Of a stretch of 64,000 nt of DNA, positions 58,524 to 64,000 are shown in pieces. Every line of letters begins with the position of its first letter. The first letter of the stretch is position 1. The stretch comes from a virus (Duplodnaviria > Caudoviricetes): IMG/VR virus record IMGVR_UViG_3300036966_000119, positions 96,001 to 160,000 of that record, one strand, 5' to 3'. The notes beneath the pieces were generated by a model that had not been told where the DNA came from, ran no database searches, and saw only the letters and a program-made list of their open reading frames with translations. The translations under genes and the position numbers were made by a program.

Positions 58524-60242
58524 TTAAGAATTTAAATACTCAATAGCTTCAATTAAATCGAGTAATTCATTTGCTTGTTCTTGTGTGAAATCACTTGATG
58601 GTGTATTATTATTTTTATCATCACTACCAAGTGTGATTTTTACAACACCCGGTTGTGTTTTAACCTTTTTCAGTGTGAATGGTCCTATGTCTGAATATTT
58701 TCCAAGATTATCATGTATATCTTGTTCAGGAGCATTGTACACATTGAAGAATATCTCATTATCTTCTGGCTGTAAGTCTTTCGATAAACCAGATGCAGCT
58801 TTTTGTGAAATGTACATTAATTTTGATAAGAAATCTCTGTTAATTATGATACCAGACGGGTTATCGTCAGTTGATTCGGTTGGTATCATCATATGTTCAG
58901 CACATTTTGCAAGAAAATCCTTTGAGCTATTTCTTATGAATTGTGTCATTTTTGAAAATTCTTCCGGTGATTTGAATATAAATGCGTAATTTTCATTTGT
59001 GTCTCTATGAACATATCCATCAGTACCTTTGACATTATGATTATTAAATCTTGGCATTAATACAAACCAATCATTTCCAATATGACCCCATGCAGGTTTG
59101 ATAACAATTCCATCTGAAAATAAATCACTTATTATTTTACCAGTTTTTCCAAGGTTATCAAATGATACCCGAGATGGTTCTATTTTGTTAGTTTTCTGCC
59201 ATGGTCTATCTATCGCCGAAAATTGGAATCCTAATGCACTTGATTCATATGAACAATATGTGACAAGAGCAGATAAATATCCGAAATTATAAGTCGTCCA
59301 TCCACCTTCCTTATAGAATTCTGAAGAACCAAATACTTCAATTGATGAGTTTAATGTTGAAATAAAATAACTCGTTCTCGACATAAATTGATTGAATTCA
59401 TTTACCCATATACTCAATTCACTGTTCAATTCATTAGCAGCATCGTTGTATTTATCTTTTGAACTTTCAAGTGGACGATTGTCACCGAAATTCCTCATAA
59501 TTTTTAATGTGTCACTTATTTTATCAATGCTGGTAGATAATTGCTTAAGTTCTTTCATCAATTGTTGTACTGTATAAACATTGCCATCATTACTGATATT
59601 CATTGTTGTATTTGGTTTAACTGCATTACTTAAAGATTCGGAAGCTTTCTTAAGTTTCTTTATTATTGACTTATAATCTTTTTCAAATGCGGATGCATTT
59701 GATGTTGAATACAGTTTTGACACATCATTTGAAACTTCAACAGAACTCCTTAATGATTCTATCATATTTGGTATATCATATACGATAGCAACACCAATTT
59801 CACCGGTGGTATCTTCTTCGAATGTTAATATATTCTTTTTATGTTTATCATATATGATATAACCAGCAGCTGAAGCAGCGGCAGTTACACCGACCGCTGC
59901 TAATGCTCCTATGATCTTTTTCTGTTGATTCTTATCATCTTTAGAACCAGTGATCACATTTTTGACATTATCAACAATCTCATTTGGTTTCTTATTAAAT
60001 AATTTATCGAGTTTACTTTTGATGAATTGAATAAATTTTCTTATCATGTCAGGTATGAAGAATATAATCTTCTCGAGAGTTGTTTTACGTTTAGGAGCAT
60101 CTCCTTCTTGTATAATATAATCACTCTCAAGATACAATCCTTCATTTTCCATTGTAAATATTTTACAATATTCAGAGAATATTGCCATTGCAGTATCATA
60201 TTCTGAGTTAGTAACAGCCTCATCTATAAGTTCAAACATCAC
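58524..60242 (-). CDS. putative internal head/ejection protein
   Basis: Acidic propeptide-like N-terminus ending IIQE-G, amphipathic helix, GALAAVGVTAAASAAGY hydrophobic segment. Confidence 0.5.
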   Translation of the reverse strand: MMFELIDEAVTNSEYDTAMAIFSEYCKIFTMENEGLYLESDYIIQEGDAPKRKTTLEKIIFFIPDMIRKFIQFIKSKLDKLFNKKPNEIVDNVKNVITGSKDDKNQQKKIIGALAAVGVTAAASAAGYIIYDKHKKNILTFEEDTTGEIGVAIVYDIPNMIESLRSSVEVSNDVSKLYSTSNASAFEKDYKSIIKKLKKASESLSNAVKPNTTMNISNDGNVYTVQQLMKELKQLSTSIDKISDTLKIMRNFGDNRPLESSKDKYNDAANELNSELSIWVNEFNQFMSRTSYFISTLNSSIEVFGSSEFYKEGGWTTYNFGYLSALVTYCSYESSALGFQFSAIDRPWQKTNKIEPSRVSFDNLGKTGKIISDLFSDGIVIKPAWGHIGNDWFVLMPRFNNHNVKGTDGYVHRDTNENYAFIFKSPEEFSKMTQFIRNSSKDFLAKCAEHMMIPTESTDDNPSGIIINRDFLSKLMYISQKAASGLSKDLQPEDNEIFFNVYNAPEQDIHDNLGKYSDIGPFTLKKVKTQPGVVKITLGSDDKNNNTPSSDFTQEQANELLDLIEAIEYLNS

Positions 60243-60253
60243 CGATCACCTCA

Positions 60254-61328
60254 TCAACATTTTATATCGGGGAGTTGTTTAATTTTATCATGTGCACCCG
60301 GATAATACGGAATAAGAGAATGTCTTTTACGTCCCCATGATTCAAACATTCTCGCTTGACGCACATGATCGGTTATATCGAAGTACCAGGTCTCTTTACC
60401 TCTATCACGTAATCTACCAAATATCTGTTCTCCTATGATGGGTGAAGAATATTGGTCGAAATTGATAACAGCAGCAAGATTCTTAACATCTACGCCAGTA
60501 CCCATTGACAATGATGTTGATAATATGAAGTCAGATTCCATAGCTTGTTTGCGTACAGCCAATGGCATACTACCGTCGACACCAGAAAAAGAATAATGTG
60601 AGAAGAAAGGATCTTTCTTCATTACTTCTATTACTCTTTCTATTATTGATATCAATGGTACAAGGAGAAGAATCTTTCCATCGTATGTAGTTGTCTTTTT
60701 AGCAACTTTCATCATATAAATGAGATTGTTTATGAATGGTACACCTTGTTTGTATTCCATTAACATTCGATAGTAAGTGGCTTTAATGAGACCCTTACTA
60801 CCATAACGGAAGTATTGCATACATAAATTGGTTGATGGATAATAGTATATATCCTGGAAAAAGACATTTACATATTGCTTTTGATACTCTTCATATTTTG
60901 GATTACCTATGAATCTATCTGCGTCAGACAATGCTCTATTGAGAATATTGTCTTCTAAGTAGTCGGATCTACCAAGTGTTGCAGAAAGATACCAATTGTT
61001 TGGTATATTACATATAGCATCAAACTTCAGATTTCCCTTAAGATGAAGATGTGCTTCATCAACTACCTTAATGCCGAATGCTGATCGACGAACAACATCC
61101 ATCAATCCTTCCCAATCATCACGTAAAGCATTCTCAATAGAAGATATCGTTACAACACATACTTGCTTATCTGGTGCATCATATATGTTGGTCGCTATAT
61201 CTGAACGAGGAACACCTACGTCACCAAACTCATCACACCATTGATTCTTCAACAGTGTTGTTGGTACAACTATCAACGGTTTCAATTGTAACTTTGAAAT
61301 CGCATATGTTGCAATGAACGTTTTACCG
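60254..61328 (-). CDS. SF2 (UvsW-like) helicase, exon 2
   Basis: GKTFIA..PLIVVPT (Ia), VVDEAH (II), LSAT (III), GTGVDV (V), QIFGRLR (VI); spliced product 483 aa. Confidence 0.85.
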
Positions 61329-61662
61329 CGGACGTTCTACCGCCTGGCTATATCATCATCTCTTGAATGTTTAAGAGATGTCCACCGCTTCGGAGATTAT
61401 TTATCCCCTAATGTATTAAATCATACAATAGCCGACGAACTTTACCCTATTCGGGTCTTAGCTGCTGATTGCTCATTCTTTATAGTATTTAGGATTTAAC
61501 CTTGTACCATCCCATGGTTTCTTTCTACTTTCGTCGCATTCACGCTTATGCATATTTCATCATTACGTTGTAGCACCATAGGCATTAGAGTCATCGTCCC
61601 AGCAATTCAATGGAGAGTACTTTACACGCACGTCACCGTACGCGGGTGCCGGTAATAGTTCA
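61329..61662 (-). ncRNA. group I self-splicing intron (IA2-like), 334 nt, no internal ORF
   Basis: P1 GGUGU/GCACC with U.G at the 5' splice site; P10 UUACCG/CGGUAA; P3 UCCAUUG/CGGUGGA; P4 UUGCUG/CAGCAG; P7 GGCUA/UAGCC; P7.1, P7.2, P8, P9; terminal G; removal restores PGVGKT in frame. Confidence 0.92.
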
Positions 61663-62039
61663 ACACCAGGTTTTAGTTCAATCGTAATCTTATGCTTCTT
61701 ACGATTGGGATCGATCATCATGTTTATACAATCTTCTTGTAACTTTGAACGAGGTTGTCTGTTCATGTTAAGAGTTATCCTTTTTGGAGTTATTGGTTGT
61801 ATAACAGATGGGTGGGGTAATCGTTGAATGTATTGATCATTCAATGTAAGAAATCCAGAAGAAATATAAACAACATCATGTTCTTTACCAAAGATAGGTT
61901 TCTTTGAGGTATCATTACCAGAATAGATGAAGAATTCTCTTACCGGATTAACCAGAGAAAAATACTGAAGTATCTTTCTCTTGGTTATATCGTCAGGATT
62001 ATGTATAATGAGACCGGTTGTGGTTCGTTCAAGTTTCAT
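61663..62039 (-). CDS. SF2 (UvsW-like) helicase, exon 1
   Basis: AAGGAG RBS; PRSKLQEDCI (Q-motif region), IELKPG-V ending mid Walker A. Confidence 0.85.
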
Positions 62040-62050
62040 TATATCACTCC

Positions 62051-62194
62051 TTAATCATCGTCGTCATTTGATGAGCCGTATATAAAATGCTCCATTGTTG
62101 ATTGATGTGATGTATCAAGTGATGTATCGTATGCTGATGATGGATGCATTGTATTATATTCCTTATCGTATGCGTCGTTAGTATCATATCCCAT
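62051..62194 (-). CDS. 47-aa acidic peptide (not in ORF track)
   Basis: TAATG overlap with the portal stop; MGYDTNDAYDKEYNTMHPSS...NDDDD* ends just before the helicase RBS. Confidence 0.45.
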   Translation of the reverse strand: MGYDTNDAYDKEYNTMHPSSAYDTSLDTSHQSTMEHFIYGSSNDDDD

Positions 62195-64000
62195 TAGAAT
62201 TCACCGCCTTCTATTTCTTCTTCTATACCAGAATCAATAATGTTTTCACCCTTACCGGTTTCTTCCATTCTTCGCTGGTTTGCTACAGAACGTGCTTCTT
62301 CTGCGAGTTCTTCAAAATGATCAATATCAATCTGAGGAATGTATTCGTGAAGAAGTAACTTCTTGAATTGACGTGCTGTCTCTGAAGGTTTCTTGTCTTC
62401 ACCCTCTTCAAGTTCCTCATCTCGTAAGAAGGTTTCTTGTAATAATTCCAATAAAGAATTGAAGTTATTTATCATATCAACAGTAACATTCAGAGTCTTT
62501 GCAGTTGGCATTCTTAATACGTACTTGAGTTCCTTAAGGACTTCATGATCTATATCAGTTTCCCAACGCAAGATTCTTCTGTAGAGTCTTGTTATGTCAT
62601 GATTGAAATCCATCTTGAATGATGAAATCATTGTATTGAATCTCGTGTTAGCCAATTCTGTTTCCTTAGCAAACTCAATCTGTGATTCATTTCCACCCTG
62701 AACCATCAATGACGGTACAGGGGTTGAGTTGATCGATTCATTCTTGAGCTGTTCCAATAGATCATTATTTATTGGAGCATCTGCAGCAGGAATTGTATCA
62801 AATGTAATAGGAGCAATATCACCTGCACCCATTGGCATTATCAATTCAGAACCACCACTGACTTTCGTCATGGATGATCTATAGTTGAAGATATCATTAA
62901 CAGTAACTCTACGAGCTGCAAATTTACGCATTGTATCATTAACCATCTTCTGATAATCGGTATCAAGACCAGACATTCTAAGATTGTATACACGAACCTG
63001 AGAATTGTTTATCTGATATAAGATGGAATATAATTTGAGGAACATATACATTCTTGCTGTTACCAAACCTGGTTCCAACATAGAATGACCCTTACCAATA
63101 CCATCTTTATTGATAGAACACTGGATGACATGTTCTGCAGGAATAAAAATAAAACGCATCATAGCATCATTGAACTTATGTGCCTGGAGTATAGACACAA
63201 TCTGAGTATGTAATGCGATATTATCTTTCATGAATTTCAAATTGAAATTATTGATAATTTTTGATGCGAGTTTCTCACAGAACATTCTGTCAGGAGAGAA
63301 TGTATCATAACCAACAGAAGGTGATCTGAGTGTATATCCGGTAAGGCCACTATTACGGCGTTGACCGGACTCTTCAGGACGAGTCATATCAGAGATGTAA
63401 TAATAACCAATGATGTTTCTGTCAACACGTATTGGAATAAGCTTTGTTGCAGGAAGTATCTTAAGATAGATACCTTTTATATTCTCGAAGTTATGAGAAA
63501 TGAATTCTCCTCCGTTTTCTCCTTCACCATCTTCCATATACATGTTATCATTCATTACATGTTCAAAGAGATTATCAACCTCTTGAACAAAGCCGTCTTG
63601 ATCATGGTATTTGGTATTATATACTGCACGAAGATCATGTGCTGATTCTTCTATTACAGGAAGAGCAATGTCTTTCTCAATGTATCTGATGTTACGACAA
63701 ACATATTCCAATGTTGCATCAACATCCTCAGCAGCTTCTTCAGTTGCTTTCTTATTTTCAGTACCATCTTCATTGAATACCTTGGTACGATACATTGGGT
63801 TGATTTCCATTATCTCTGCTTCTGTAAAGATACCTGCTCTCTTTTTACCACGTTTGGATTCAATAGAATCATTTACGATAGTATCATTAAGAGATATCTC
63901 GACTGCGGATTCACCATATCCAAAACCATTAAGAACAGATGATGTATCTGACATATCCATTCCTGTAAGTTGGTTATTCTTTGTACTACCAGACAATCTG
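62194..64000 (-). CDS. portal protein (3' part; start lies outside the window)
   Basis: G.Y.K.L....IP.......GYYYI, FIP.EHV, G.G.S.L, VRVYNL, N.T.VP..M motifs of T4 gp20-like portals in AR9-like phages. Confidence 0.75.
   Translation of the reverse strand, partial: RLSGSTKNNQLTGMDMSDTSSVLNGFGYGESAVEISLNDTIVNDSIESKRGKKRAGIFTEAEIMEINPMYRTKVFNEDGTENKKATEEAAEDVDATLEYVCRNIRYIEKDIALPVIEESAHDLRAVYNTKYHDQDGFVQEVDNLFEHVMNDNMYMEDGEGENGGEFISHNFENIKGIYLKILPATKLIPIRVDRNIIGYYYISDMTRPEESGQRRNSGLTGYTLRSPSVGYDTFSPDRMFCEKLASKIINNFNLKFMKDNIALHTQIVSILQAHKFNDAMMRFIFIPAEHVIQCSINKDGIGKGHSMLEPGLVTARMYMFLKLYSILYQINNSQVRVYNLRMSGLDTDYQKMVNDTMRKFAARRVTVNDIFNYRSSMTKVSGGSELIMPMGAGDIAPITFDTIPAADAPINNDLLEQLKNESINSTPVPSLMVQGGNESQIEFAKETELANTRFNTMISSFKMDFNHDITRLYRRILRWETDIDHEVLKELKYVLRMPTAKTLNVTVDMINNFNSLLELLQETFLRDEELEEGEDKKPSETARQFKKLLLHEYIPQIDIDHFEELAEEARSVANQRRMEETGKGENIIDSGIEEEIEGGEF

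Noticed and set aside
61525-61575. Hammerhead ribozyme inside the intron P5 extension (UGAUGA...GAAA)
   Set aside because: It lacks the C of CUGAUGA and a correctly placed stem III/NUH cleavage site
61314-61662. ORF 61314..61499 (+) and the C-terminal tail of ORF 61563..62039
   Set aside because: Both lie within or antisense to the intron; the tail ELLPAP...GATT is read-through into intron sequence
350-63645. Numerous 60-165-aa antisense or alternate-frame ORFs in the track (e.g. 350..829, 4197..4694, 33763..34197, 47513..47905)
   Set aside because: Shadow ORFs overlapping well-supported genes, without RBS or recognisable motifs
1-64000. Stop-codon reassignment, CRISPR arrays, tRNA or rRNA genes
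   Set aside because: Long conserved genes are intact in code 11 and all three stops are used; no repeat-spacer array or cloverleaf was seen by eye

Overview
AT-rich, gene-dense 64 kb segment of a jumbo myophage of the phiKZ/AR9(PBS1)-like group that infects a Firmicute, judging by strong AGGAGG Shine-Dalgarno sites. It reads in the standard genetic code. It encodes portal (partial), terminase large subunit, a ~1218-aa tail sheath, tail tube, a baseplate-like protein and a ~23 kb tail/baseplate/fibre module. It also encodes three split multisubunit RNA polymerase subunits (beta C-half, beta' N-half with DYDGD, beta' C-half), a GyrB split over two genes, a RusA-like resolvase, an SF2 helicase interrupted by a 334-nt group I intron, a BCS1-like AAA ATPase, a dATP/dGTP diphosphohydrolase and two HNH-type genes. 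The most striking observation is a Ruminococcus-type dockerin inside a ~1200-aa tail-fibre-like protein, suggesting a phage that attaches to cellulosome or cell-surface cohesins. Other notable structures: (1) a free-standing HNH gene between the resolvase and a displaced copy of the resolvase 3' end; (2) a 93-bp direct repeat bracketing one of two paralogous ~1000-aa tail genes; (3) a candidate gpG/gpGT-like frameshift; (4) a conserved early-promoter plus 5'-hairpin architecture; (5) several candidate structured RNAs. All family assignments come from motif recognition by eye; no database searches were run.
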